Below, one piece after another: positions 44,796 through 57,961 of a stretch of 64,000 bases of DNA. The notes below the pieces were generated by a model. That model was not told the origin of the DNA and made no database searches. It saw nothing but the letters and a program-made list of their open reading frames with translations. Location: positions 1,736,001 through 1,800,000 of the forward strand of contig OX597838.1 of assembly GCA_951406725.2 (NCBI GenBank), written 5' to 3'. Source of the stretch: Octopus vulgaris (taxonomy: Eukaryota). The stretch's first letter is position 1. Each line of letters begins with the position of its first letter. A program made the position numbers and the translations under genes.

Positions 44796-45414
44796 ATAAA
44801 TTCAAATATGAAATATGTATATATATACACACACATACATATGTATGTATGTATTAGGTCATTTCATCCATTTTATGCCCAGAAGCAGTCCTCACATGAG
44901 AGTGATTAGAGGTGACAGTTCCGCTACCTTAGGAGGATAAAGCAAGATCTGAATAATTTATTCATTGCTAGATTTCATGTGGTTCCCTCTGATTTCTAAG
45001 TTGTTAAACCCCTGCTGGGGTGCAGTGCTCTTGACAGAACAACCCGATGTGAGTGACTGGAGAAAATCATGTATGTGAAATTTATTCTTATGATGACATT
45101 AGCACAGTAACTCGGGCTTTCGTTTAGAATGTTGGTTCAATTAATGATTTGATCCCCAACCTCCACAGATAGTAAACATGGACTAATTCAACTGAATCTT
45201 GATAGTATATATTCTTTTATTCATTTACTTATTTCAGTCATTTGACTTCGGCCATGCTGGAGCACCGCCTTTAGTCGAATAAATCGACTGCAGGACTTAT
45301 TCCCTGTAAGCTTAATATTTATTCTATTGGGTTCTATTATCGAACTGCTAAGTTACGTAAACACATCATTGGTTGTCAAACAATGATGGCAGGACAAAGA
45401 TAACAAATATATAC

Positions 45415-45460
<46 letters not shown>

Positions 45461-45461
<1 letters not shown>

Positions 45462-45648
45462 TTATAGAAGGAGCTTCTACAGGACTAGAACTGTTTCATT
45501 CAAAAGAAATCATCAGGAAGCTCAGAACTTCCTGATGATTTCTTTTGAATGAAACAGTTCTAGTCCTGTAGAAGCTCCTTCTATAAAATAAATTGATTTA
45601 CTCTGCTATGTATTGAGTACCTTATTGACCCCGACTCAACCCGGGACC

Positions 45649-45650
<2 letters not shown>
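45461..45650. mobile_element. Penelope-type terminus forming a perfect 60 bp palindrome
   Basis: 45461-45520 is the exact reverse complement of 45528-45587 (7 nt loop) and contains CTGATGA...GAAA. Tail 45590-45650 recurs at 46378-46450. Confidence 0.7.
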
Positions 45651-45709
<59 letters not shown>

Positions 45710-45713
<4 letters not shown>

Positions 45714-45870
45714 ACCGCGTGTGTACCGTTGGCGATTTTTTTCCCTCTGTCTTCCCTTCTCTGGATCTTTCCTTCTCCTATGTTTCCGACGAAGAGTTCC
45801 GCTCGAAACGGTGAACCCTCCTTCTTCCCTTCCTTCCTAAGTGTCCAATAATACTATATTTGTTCCATAC
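45710..45870 (+). mobile_element. Penelope-type terminus with degenerate hammerhead motif
   Basis: gttt-CCGACGA-A-gagt-tcc-gctc-GAAA-cg-GT-gaac at 45782-45816, flanked by (TA)n and (TATG)n. Confidence 0.5.
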
Positions 45871-46163
45871 ATATATATGTATGTATGTATGTATTTATGT
45901 ATGTATGTATGTATGTATGTATGTATGTATGTATGTATGTATGTATGTATGTATGTATGTATGTATGTATGCATGTATGTATGTATATACGACAGCCTCC
46001 TTTCAGTTTCCGCCTACTAGATCGACTCACAATGCTTTGCCCGGCCCGAGGCTATAGTGGAAGACACTTGCCGAGGATGCCACGCAGTGAGACTGAACCC
46101 GGAACCATGTGGTTGGGAAGTAAGCTTCTTCCCACACAGCCACGCCTGCGCTTATGTCTATAT

Positions 46164-46203
<40 letters not shown>

Positions 46204-46220
46204 ATATATATATATATATA

Positions 46221-46271
<51 letters not shown>

Positions 46272-46272
46272 G

Positions 46273-46359
<87 letters not shown>

Positions 46360-46446
46360 TTTATAGAAGGAGCTTCTAAATTAATTTACTCTGCTATGTA
46401 TTGAGTACCTTATTTACTGTGGTTAACCCCGACTCAACCCGGGACT

Positions 46447-46489
<43 letters not shown>

Positions 46490-46833
46490 ATAAAACGGTA
46501 AGATAACAAAAGAAAGAAAGAGACCTCAATATTATGTAAATAGAGGAAATTTATCTATACAATATGTTACATTACTCGGTAGTCAAGATAAAACTCTGAG
46601 TTTCAGATGCCGAAGTGGAAATCCACAACACCATCTCTTCGGTTATCTGGCTATTTGAAAACGTTATGAAAAAATACCGTTAAAAATGAAGGGAAATTAC
46701 TCTGTTATAACTCTGCTTTGCCTGCGTACTTATACATCGCTCGCATTTTTCGTCATAAAAATTATATAAAAATACATAAAAAATATATAAAAATATATAA
46801 AATCTTCTTGGGACATAACACAGAAAGCATGTT

Positions 46834-47869
46834 CTATCCGTTTTCTTTAGGGGACCAAAAACGTAACAGAAATTTAGTCACATGTGGGCATGATCCGAAA
46901 AGCTCTGTCCTTGTATTTAGACATGTGGTAGGGTCTAAGCTGCTTTTCCAGATAAGTCATCTCTCCATGTCGCATAAACCGCACCTTCCGCTGCCGTTAG
47001 TGTAGGGCTTACATCTGGCCAAAATCTTCCATTGTATGTAATAATCGACACCTTTATCTCTTAAAGACCAAATATGATTGGATAATTGTGTCGCTTTTCT
47101 TTTGTTCCAGTGCCTAAAGCTCAAAGTGTGGTTATTGAACCTGGCCTTGAAATTACCCTCTGTCAGGCCCACGTATTTCTTCGTCGAAACGGTGTCTTTA
47201 GTGGTTATAGAGTTTACGGTAGCTTCATATATGATGGTCTTGGACATGCAAGCTCCATTTAGCGGGCACAATTCTTTATTCCTGCATGAACAGCTGTTTT
47301 CTTCTTGTGTTTTTTGTATGTTATGATTGATTATGTTTTTAAAATTGGTAGTTGAACTAAAACTAATTTTTAAATTGTGTCTATTGAAGAGTTTCCTATA
47401 AGCATGGTTAACTGGAAAATGTCTATCTATCAGTGCTAGGAAATATTTACCTATATTGAAGACCACCTCGGGTGAGTAAGGGGGCGTAAACCAGATGACC
47501 TTCCTATTTCTATTATTCCTTTTCCTTACTGTTGGGCTGGTGATAGGTGTATATTTTATTTTTTCGCTAAAACCACTATCTTTTAAAGCTTTATTATAAA
47601 CTGGGGCAACGCTATTGAAGATGTCCTCATTAGATGAGAGGCTAGAAATCCTCTTACTAATATTTTTAACTAAATTTTTGAATACTATAGGGGGATGGCA
47701 TGAACCTACATTAATATAACTTAGTCTATCATTGGGCTTCCTATAAGGCTTATAAATATTATTATTAAGATCTAAGGAAACGTCTAAGAAATTGACAACC
47801 GTCAGGTTAGTGTCTATAATTATACTAAGTCCGAAGTGTTTCATTAACTGGATAATATCCTTCCTAAAA
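46834..47869 (-). pseudogene. Penelope RT thumb, CxCx5C linker and GIY-YIG endonuclease (truncated, one in-frame TGA)
   Basis: VNFLDVSLDL, YKPYRKPND, SCHPP, WFTPPYS, CSCRNKELCPLNGAC, IIYEA...YVGLT...FKARFNNH, CGLC. The frame continues past TGA 46957-46959 as LIWKSSLDPTTCLNTRTELFGSCPHVTKFLL to TAG at 46834. Confidence 0.9.
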
Positions 47870-48107
47870 CGGATCATGCCCACATGTGACTAAATTTCTG
47901 TTACGTTTTTGGTCCCCTAAAGAAAACGGATAGAACATGCTTCCCAAGAAGATTTTATATATTTTTATATATTTTTTATGTATTTTTATATAATTTTTAT
48001 GACGAAAAATGCGAGCGATGTATAAGTACGCAGGCAAAGCAGAGTTATAACAGAGGAATTTCCCTTCATTTTTAACGGTATTTTTTTCATAACGTTTTCA
48101 AATAGCC

Positions 48108-48170
48108 AGATAACCGAAGAGATGGTGTTGTGGATTTCCACTTCGGCATCTGAAACTCAGAGTTTTATCT
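48108..48170 (+). ncRNA. Minimal hammerhead motif in the Penelope pLTR (mirror copy at 46586-46648, minus strand)
   Basis: agataa-CCGAAGA-gatg...catc-t-GAAA-ctcagag-TT-ttatct: stem I 6 bp, near-palindromic stem III. Confidence 0.65.
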
Positions 48171-48196
48171 TGACTACCGAGTAATGTAACATATTG

Positions 48197-48227
<31 letters not shown>

Positions 48228-48241
48228 GTATATAAATATAC

Positions 48242-48337
<96 letters not shown>

Positions 48338-48435
48338 ATACATACATACAAACATATATATGCCTGTGTCTGTGCGATGCATATGTATTTTAAGAATATA
48401 TGTATAAACATGTCCCTGTGTGTTTTTATGTATAC

Positions 48436-48482
<47 letters not shown>

Positions 48483-49349
48483 AAATTTACTTGTCTATGT
48501 ATTTGGTATATATTCATGTATATGTATATCAATTTGTATACACACACACGCACATATACGTTGATAAAAGCCAAAAAAAAAAGGGACGCCAAGAGGAAAT
48601 GCACGATACAGTTTTGAAGTCATTAACTGTGTTATCCGGTTTCCAGTCACCATGATCACATGACCGCACACAAACCGTCCCATTCATCATTCGAGACACT
48701 ACTAAACTATTTATTCATCACAAGAACACAATTACAACTAACGAAGGCCATAAGAGAGCATTAATTTGTATTAGAGTGCAGCGTACCTCTGGAAGCAGCG
48801 CCATCTGGCCTTCCCTCCACCTATCTCCCACACTCTTAAACACACAAACCCACCGCCCAAAACAACGGTCTGCACGTTCCACATTCCCAATTCCGCTAAT
48901 CAGCATGGGATGTTGTTTATTGGATGTCTCTTGGGAAGACGGTTGTCTGCAGGAAAAGCAAAAAAATATAGAGTTCTGTCCATTCCTTCTTCGACACGTG
49001 TTAACGTTGAGGGTCACCGCTTTTGAAAGGAGCCTTCTTGAGCTTGTCAGAAATTACAGTTCGAAATACAAGTAGAACGCTAATCATCAACATTACCACC
49101 ACCACCACCACCCCCACTACTACTACTACTACTACTACTGCTGCTGCTGCAACTTACGCTGCAATACTATTAATGCAAGAAATCTTTATTGACATAATCA
49201 GCAACATCGTCCACTTCGTCATCGCCACCCCTGTCAGCCTCTTCTTTCCTACCGTCATCATCATCATCATCATCATTAATATCATTATCATCAACATCAG
49301 CAAACTCATTATCTGCATGACTCTCTCTCCCATAGTCCACCTCCCCTCC

Positions 49350-49586
49350 TCTTCTCCATCTTTTTCTTCTTCTTCTTCTTCTTCTTCTCTTCTTCTTCTT
49401 CTTCTCCATCTTCTTCTTCTTTTTCTTCTTCCTCTTCTTCTTCTCCATCTTCTTCTTCTTCTTCTTCTTCTTCTTTTTCTTTTTTTTTCTTCTTCTTCTT
49501 TTTCTTCTTTTTCTTCTTCTTCTTTTTCTTCTTCTTCTTTTTCTTCTTCTTCTTCTTCTTCTTCTTCTTCTTCTTCTTCTTCTTCA
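49350..49586. repeat. (TTC)n polypyrimidine tract
   Basis: Direct inspection. Similar tracts at 11071-11195 and 14666-14710. Confidence 0.95.
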
Positions 49587-49846
49587 AGTTCTTTGTTCCC
49601 ATCATCGACATCACCACCACTGTCGTCATCGTCATCGTCGTCATAATCCACTAATAACTATTGTCGTAATTCTAACCATTTGACGTTAGTCGATGTTGCT
49701 TTTGTTGCTATTACTACAAGACAGACTGGTTCAGAAGATGTTTACAATCACCAATTATTCATTCATTCATATATACAAATATACATACATACCTTCATAT
49801 ATACATACATACATACACACATATATATACATACATACAGACATAT

Positions 49847-49882
<36 letters not shown>

Positions 49883-50392
49883 ACATATACATATATATAT
49901 GCATGTTGTATATGAATATATATATAGAAATATATATACACACACACGCCTACCTATCTACCTATGTGCACCTATATTTGTGCGCGTTTAATACATTTAT
50001 ACATATGTCAGTCGTTCACAACGTAATGGGTTGCGTTCATATTTTTATGTATATTTGTGTACATATAACTCTCAATTATTACGTATACACACGCATATAT
50101 ATATGTGTGTGTGTGTGTGATAATGTATAATAATATGTCCCTGTAATTGGCTGTCTGCCTGTATGGCAGCTCTTTGTATGTAACAATGTATGATAAATGG
50201 AATTAAGTCAAGCTATAATATCTGTAGACGATTCTGGAGATAAGAGATTCGCTTGATAAACACATTTGAACGTAGGGGGAGGACAACTACGTTCTGAGGA
50301 CTTTGTTATGTTGTTGTATGTATGTATACATACATACATATATACATACATAAATATCTACATGCATACACACATACATGCTTACATAAATA

Positions 50393-50680
50393 CATGGTGA
50401 TTTCTCCGTCGTCACAGACGATTGCTCTCTCTCCCTCTCTCCTGCTCTCACTCTCTCTGAGCTTCCTTGTCGTGAACGGCATTTCTGACGTTCCGTCTGT
50501 GACCTCTCAGATGACTCTGCTGAAGATCAGCATGATTTGAAGCGTAGTCGACAGTCGGAAGCAGTAATTTCTGCTTTAATCGAATCACTTTGTGAGATAT
50601 GATCCCCATGAACCGCCATATGCCTCTTCAAACCCGAAATCAAGATGCGAGCACTTTCACACACAACACTTGTCCAACCA
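50393..50680 (-). mobile_element. Divergent RTE-type 3' end with decayed C2H2 fingers
   Basis: Minus strand VCE...SGLKRHMAVH and a frameshifted FKS...SHLRGH. Ends caccatgtat, like the 22123 copy. Confidence 0.55.
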
Positions 50681-51027
50681 CAGGGTCAAGCAGGAAGGAC
50701 GTTGCGTACACTTTATCTTTCATGGGACTTTATATACGTAGATACAAACATATATACACGCACACATACACGCATGCTCGTACGCACTCACAAACGCTAA
50801 TGTCAAACAGTGAGAATGAAGTCCTCGGTGTAGAAATATTCTTTATTTATGGATTAACAAAGCTACCAATGGTTTCATGAAAAGAGAGAATCTCTCAACA
50901 ATGATGGGTCGCTGATACTCGTCTCTATTTTGGATGACACAAGATAATTGCTGAGGGATTTCTCTCTCCCCATCAAACTATGCCCTCAAAATATGCATTT
51001 ACAACTACACACACATATATGTATATT

Positions 51028-51109
<82 letters not shown>

Positions 51110-51176
51110 AAAAGAAAAGCTCTACCTTGTAATTTGTTCTATCTGTGTGCAGCCCTGTGTGGCTAATAAAGAAACA

Positions 51177-51233
<57 letters not shown>

Positions 51234-51377
51234 ATCAATCGGTCTGTCTGTCTTTCTATTTATCTATCTATCTACCTATCTGCCTGCATACATCCATCTA
51301 CATACATATATAAAATTATTATAGAATACAACTACTACTACTACTACTACTGCTGCTGCTGCTACTACTACTGCTGG

Positions 51378-51491
<114 letters not shown>

Positions 51492-51717
51492 TGATAATGA
51501 TAATAACGTCAGTGGCCAACATGCAATTAAAAACCATAGGTGGTTCAGAGTCTTTTTGACGTCTATTTCTAGCATGTTGGTACATTTTCTAAGTACTTTT
51601 CATTATGTATTTTTATATATAATTATACATTTCTCTCTCTGTCTATTTATATCTTATCTGTTCTCAAGCGAACATATAAGGCAGCCAAGACTTCACATTC
51701 ATTGGAAATGCGCCAAA

Positions 51718-51774
<57 letters not shown>

Positions 51775-52173
51775 CATCATTATTTTGGACCCCAGTTATG
51801 GACTTCAGGGTATGGTGCTGACCAAGTGGACACCAAGCGATAATGGTGACAACAGTCACTTCTTAAAGTCAGATGTTCTCAGTGATACTTCTGACGAAGA
51901 GAAAGATCGCAGTTTGAACGACTTCTCTCATCTTGTCCCTTCTGAATAAACTCAAATCTTTTATTCCTCAGCAAATATATTTCGTCCTTCAATTCTTCAA
52001 TTACAACATTTCCGATGCCTTTCCATAGATCAGAGACTTCTTTGAGCATCTTTTATATCGCTATGGCATCAACAGCTTTAATGATTTTCCCGGTTCCCGC
52101 TTCGAGCTTCCTACCTTGAATGACGTAAAAAAAATGGAAAGGCATTTATTTACCACAAACTGTGAAGAATATC

Positions 52174-52231
<58 letters not shown>

Positions 52232-52304
52232 TTCCTTTCTGCATGCATGCATATATGTATGTGTGTACATACATATATATGTAAATAGTCATATATATAC
52301 CGAC

Positions 52305-52377
<73 letters not shown>

Positions 52378-52379
52378 TA

Positions 52380-52780
52380 TATTCCTTTACTTGTTTCAGT
52401 CATTTAATTGCGACCGTGCTGGAGCATCGCGTGAAAGGGTTTTACTCGGAGAAATCGATCCCAGGATTTATTCTTTGTAAGCCTAGTACTTATTCCTTCG
52501 GTCTCTTTTGCCGACTGACCTAGATTACGTAGACATAAACAAACCAGCATCGATTGTCAAGAGATGGTGATGAGAAAAACACAGGCACAAAAACACAAAC
52601 ACACACACACACATATGCGACGGGCTTCTTTCAGTTTCCGTCTACCAAATCTACTCACAAGAATTCGGTCGGCCCGAGGCTATAGTAGGAGACACCTGCT
52701 TAAGTTGCCATGTAGTTAAACTGAACCCGGAACCATGCGGTTGATATGCAAGATACTTACCACACAACCACTCCTGCGCA
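52380..52780 (-). mobile_element. SINE family A, full length
   Basis: Tail cttgtttcagtcatt...gctggagca through to head ctgaacccggaaccatg...accacacaaccactcctgcgc. Confidence 0.88.
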
Positions 52781-53101
52781 TATATATATATAATGCATGT
52801 ATGTATGTATTTATACGGTGCTAACACTATTCAAGGCAAAAATATCGCTTTTAGATGAGGCTCTATAGAAACTGAAGAATTTCTAACCGGCCACCATTTC
52901 TGTTGAAAGCGGTAGCAATGTAAGGAGGAAGATTTAATTATAATCAAATCACAGATTTAAATATTGCAAAATATTTTTGTATTGGAATATGGATTTATCT
53001 TGACACAAATATGAATTATGCTGACTGAACTCAAGGGTTAGCACTATCATATGATATAATATAACATTCTATATGCCAATATATATATACATCTATATGT
53101 A

Positions 53102-53151
<50 letters not shown>

Positions 53152-53273
53152 TACACATTTCGTGATAATATAAATAGCGAAGGACGCAAATAAATTCTAA
53201 AATATAGGTTTTGAAAAGTGAATGTAATATATAACATGATAAGTATGTAAGGCTACGTCTCCAACTCACCCAT

Positions 53274-53321
<48 letters not shown>

Positions 53322-53648
53322 AATACATATATATATATACATACATATGTATATATATATACATATATATATATAAACGTATACATATTTATATACGTAT
53401 ATATATATATATATGTTTTTGTGATAGTGTGTATATATATATATATAAAAATTACGTGTGTGTGTGTGTGCATGTGTGTATGCACCGTGCGTATTTGTAT
53501 GCGTATGAAGCTTGCACATATATGTACGCATATATTTATATATATATATATATATGTGTGAGTATAGAAACACATTTATATACATATATATGCATACATA
53601 TACACAGATACACACATACATGTATATATATGTATCATAACATAGATG

Positions 53649-53709
<61 letters not shown>

Positions 53710-53963
53710 AGAATGTTATTCGTCCCCTACATTTCCGCCGCCATCTCCCTAAGTATAGACGCCTTGAAAAAGGAGAGAAGTAAAGAAGACGTGAAGCAAA
53801 AGTGGAGCGAAGAGGGAACGGAAGGAAGGTGGTTGATGAGGTGGCGAATGGCGAGCGAAGGACTTTGGAAAACCTGACTCGTTTATTGAATCGAACGAGT
53901 AATCAAACAATCGATTTTGTTTTTTTATTGGTTAACCAACCATTTCAATTGGTTAAATAAACG

Positions 53964-54280
53964 GTACTCCGTCTGTTACGACGACCAGCGTCCCGGCTGA
54001 ACCGAGTAACAGAACGGCTTGCTTATGAAATTGACGTGCAAGTGGCTGAGTACACCATAGTCACGCTTAACACTTAATGTCGTTCTGAGGAAGATTTACA
54101 GAATGCGACAAGGCTGTCCCCCTTTGAATTACAGGTACAACTTATTTGTGGCAGCTGAGTGCACCGGAGCAACGTGAAATGAAGTATCTTGCTCAAGGAC
54201 ACAACGCGCCGCCAGGAATCGAACTCATGTCCTTACGATCGTCAGCCGATTACCCTACCCAATAAGCCACGCGCCTTCAC
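53964..54280 (-). mobile_element. tRNA-derived SINE, family C
   Basis: Reverse complement gtgaaggcgcgtggctta...gagttcgattcctggcggcgcgttgtgtccttgagcaag: A/B boxes plus CCTTGRGCAAG motif. Confidence 0.82.
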
Positions 54281-54434
54281 TTAATTGGTTAAATGGTTAA
54301 CTGACCTTAATAATTATAAAAATTGAAATAGAACCAGCGTACGTTCTTATTTGCATTACGATCCTCCCGAGATACAACAAAATAAATTCTTTATTTACGG
54401 AAGATATATCTATTTCTAGAGAAGGTTGAACACC

Positions 54435-54565
54435 AGGCTGTGTGGTAAGTAGCTTGCTTACCATCCACATGGTTCCGAGTTCAATCCCACTGCGTGGCAC
54501 CTTGGGTGGGTGTCGACCAATAACTTGTAAGTGCATTTGGTAGACGGAAACTAAAAGAATCCCGT

Positions 54566-54604
<39 letters not shown>

Positions 54605-54872
54605 ATACATATGTGTGTGTGTGTGTGTATCTGTTTGTGTGTGTGTGTGTGTGTGTTTGTGTGTTTGTGTGTCTATGTTTATCCCCACATCATCGCTTGA
54701 CAACCGATGTTGGTGTGCTTACGTGACCGAAACTTACTGGCTCAGCATAAGAGATCGATAAAATAAGTACTAGGCTTACAAAGAATATATCCTGGGGTCG
54801 ATTTCTTCGACTGAAGGCGGTGCTCCAGCATGGCCACAGTGAAATGGCTGAAACAAATAAAAGAGTAAAAGA
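54435..54872 (+). mobile_element. SINE family A, near full length
   Basis: ggctgtgtggtaagtagcttgcttacc...internal (TA)(TG)n...gaaacaaataaaagagtaaaagag. Confidence 0.88.
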
Positions 54873-55763
54873 GTAATTGTTCGGTGGCGTTTAAGACCGA
54901 CTCCAAACGAGAAGGGGAGACAATTTTAACAATCAAGATTACTTTGTTTTTCCATGAAGAAATAGTTTTATTATCCGAAGACATGAGGACAGCCGTGGTC
55001 GTGTCTTCTCAGAGTGTGTTTTATTTCATGGTAGATGAAAAAACATTTGGATTCTCAAGAAAAGTAATCTGTTCTCATTTCGAGTTGGTCTTAATTATTA
55101 ATCCTAATAATTACTTTCGCTTCCAAACAAGCAAAAATAATTCCAAATATCGCAAAGTTATCTTATATTTTTATTTAGTATACCTTTATATTTGTTCTTT
55201 AAATGCATACCATTGATCAGTTATGGCTGTTTGCTCATTTTCGTCATGAAGAAAAAAATATAAACACACACACAGACACACACACGTACACACTGACACA
55301 AACGCGCGCGCATACATAGTTACATACACATATATATTTATAAATGCATCATATATATACAAATATATATATGCGTGATTGTATATACATGTGTGTATAT
55401 GAATATATATGTATGTTTATATATGTATGAATCTCTGTTTTGACGTAGGTATCACTGTATGTAGCTGATAAGGAAACATAAATATCGGAGGAAAAAGTAG
55501 GAAATCAAACGAAAGAAACGGAATACACTGTTTTGCGTTTGATTGATGACCAGTTGGTGATGACCGGAGGTCACTCTTGCTATTCATGACCAAGCATTCC
55601 AACTTTTATTGATGTCCTAAGCTGTCATGTCTGCTGGTTCTTTCTCCAAATAAGGTCAGTTGCCACCGCAACCGGCCATAAAACACCGAGCTGTTGCTAC
55701 CGTCTTTAACCACGGTGATGATGCAACGAACATATTCATACATACATACATACATACATACAT

Positions 55764-55802
<39 letters not shown>

Positions 55803-57167
55803 CTTAAAGAGAGAATGAGGGTGAAAAAGCGATAGGCACATACGCACACATCCAGATATATGTTCATGTGTTAAACATAGACAGGCAGTGTGCTGGTCAT
55901 TTGCAATGAGTGAATTTCTCTTGCCATGCGAGGCAATGGCCTGTGTCAAACTGTTAGCAACCCACCTAATCGAAACTCCATTATGGAGAGTCCGGCTTGG
56001 ATGCAATAGCTATCCACACCGGTTTCTTTAACCTCTTTATATAATATCGCTGTTGTTGAACTTGTTACAATTGTGTGCACAGTAAGCAATGGTCGACTGA
56101 ATACACAACTAGTCTCAAGGCTGCTCAAGGGGTACACACACTGCGCCAATTGTACTACACTCGATAGGCTCCAGATCAAAGCTAATTACAAGTTCCAAGT
56201 CAGGTGAATAATAAACAAATAACAACAGATGGATTGTATTCTAATCACTCTCTGACTGAAGTTTGGTCGGTGAGTCAAGAAATAGCATTTTGCCTTGGAA
56301 TTGAGATGTTTTGAAATATTTAATTCTTACACATATTCACCTGATGAAAACATTTTTTTTTCGCATGATGTAATAATTCTTTTCGTCAAATAAATAACAC
56401 ATCTGAACCACAATCCATCTGTTATTTGCTTCCCCACTAAAATGTTTTCTACCTTATATATATATGTATAAAACTATTGTATTAAAATTGGTAAAAGCTT
56501 CACGAACAGTTACTAGAATTTCGAAGAACAGTTGTTCATCAGTGTTGTGCGAACACAGACCACTAAATAAATTTTGTAAATTGTAAGTGTAGAACTTTAT
56601 ATAAAAGATATGCCGTAGATACGAGTGGAGAAGCAAACAGAATAAAATAGATTATGTCAAGACAAAGGAATTGCAAGTAATTAAAATCGAATATAATGGA
56701 AGTATGCCTAAAATTGAAATTAAAGATTAACGATTAAATATTATAAATGTGATTAAAATAAGTATATATATATGTATACTACTAATAAAAACTAAGCGTT
56801 AAAGGAAAGGAAAAGACACGAAATCAGAAAAGTAGAGAAGCGGAATCAATGTGAGAGAAAAGGAGCAAGAATAAAGGGGAAACGAAAAGGAGCAGTTTAG
56901 TATTAAGGCGATATTTGAAGGGACAATGTAGAAAGTTATTATGTATAATGATGAGAGCGGTGGGGAAGGTTAAAGATTGATAGCTGAGTGATAGAGAGAG
57001 ATACTAGTTACATATAGTGAGAGTGAGCAAGAGACAAAGACTATAAGGGAGAAAGAGTAAAGTGTAGAAGCAAAAATACGGTATGGAGGTATATGCATAC
57101 GCTTATATACATACATACATACATACATACATACATACATACATACATACATACATACATACATACA

Positions 57168-57200
<33 letters not shown>

Positions 57201-57347
57201 GGCCACAGCTCGTGAGCTGAAACTAGATGAAATGAAATATATATATATATATATATACACACATACAAACGCATAAACATACAGATATACGTAATATATG
57301 TACCTAAACACTCGCTCACAACAATACATAATTATATAATATATATA

Positions 57348-57398
<51 letters not shown>

Positions 57399-57746
57399 GC
57401 ATACATACATATATATGCATATAGACTTGTACATAGGCACATATATGCATACATACACATAGAAATATGCAAGTGTGTGTGTGTAGATATAATCGTATAA
57501 TAAAGTAGATTATGAATTAAATTATAAATTAAAGATTATAAATTAAATATGACATGGAAGATATATACGATGTTCATATCAATGCCACTTCATATGAACG
57601 CTATCTTGATTAATCAAATGGCCCCCAAGGTATTACTGGAAGAACGGCTTTGCGGTCGTTTTGTGCATTTTATGAAAATTTACCGTTCATTTCACATCAT
57701 GATCATCACCATCCTCCCTCTTCTTATCTTTCTTATCATCGCCACT

Positions 57747-57804
<58 letters not shown>

Positions 57805-57857
57805 CTACAACCGGAATCACTGATACTATCCAATAATTCTCATGTACTTTCTCCCAG

Positions 57858-57961
57858 GCCGTTCTGGTCGGCTACGCAAAAGACAGATTAAAGAGTTTGG
57901 CCGAGTATTCGTCATTTCAAGTGGACTGGACTACCCGTCACATCAGCACAAGAGGCCGGAG
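57858..57961 (+). CDS. Cngl: CNG-like channel, probable exon C (C-helix, AVLVGYAKDRLKSLAEYSSFQVDWTTRHISTRGR)
   Basis: Acceptor tactttctcccag, phase 0 matching exon B. PDAE-AVLVGYAKDRL fits CNBD C-helix spacing. Donor AG|gtaggc follows 57961; alternatively the frame ends at TAG 57963-57965. Confidence 0.72.

Larger units (their letters stand above)
45211..46153 (-). mobile_element. SINE family A split by nested Penelope-type fragments
   Basis: Tail at 45211-45410 and head at 45988-46153; two unrelated inserts lie in the internal microsatellite. Confidence 0.8.
46487..48200 (-). mobile_element. 5'-truncated Penelope-like retroelement with inverted pseudo-LTR
   Basis: RT C-terminus plus GIY-YIG ORF. 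46556-46897 is nearly the exact reverse complement of 47870-48200 (one 11 bp indel, few substitutions). (TA)n on both sides. Confidence 0.93.

Noticed and set aside
47870-47883. ATG start of the 308 aa Penelope ORF
   Set aside because: MGMIR comes from the inverted pLTR arm at the truncation junction; the RT core is missing.
55880-56060. Short hairpins suggesting a ribozyme or LINE 5' UTR
   Set aside because: Could not build an HDV-like pseudoknot or hammerhead core.
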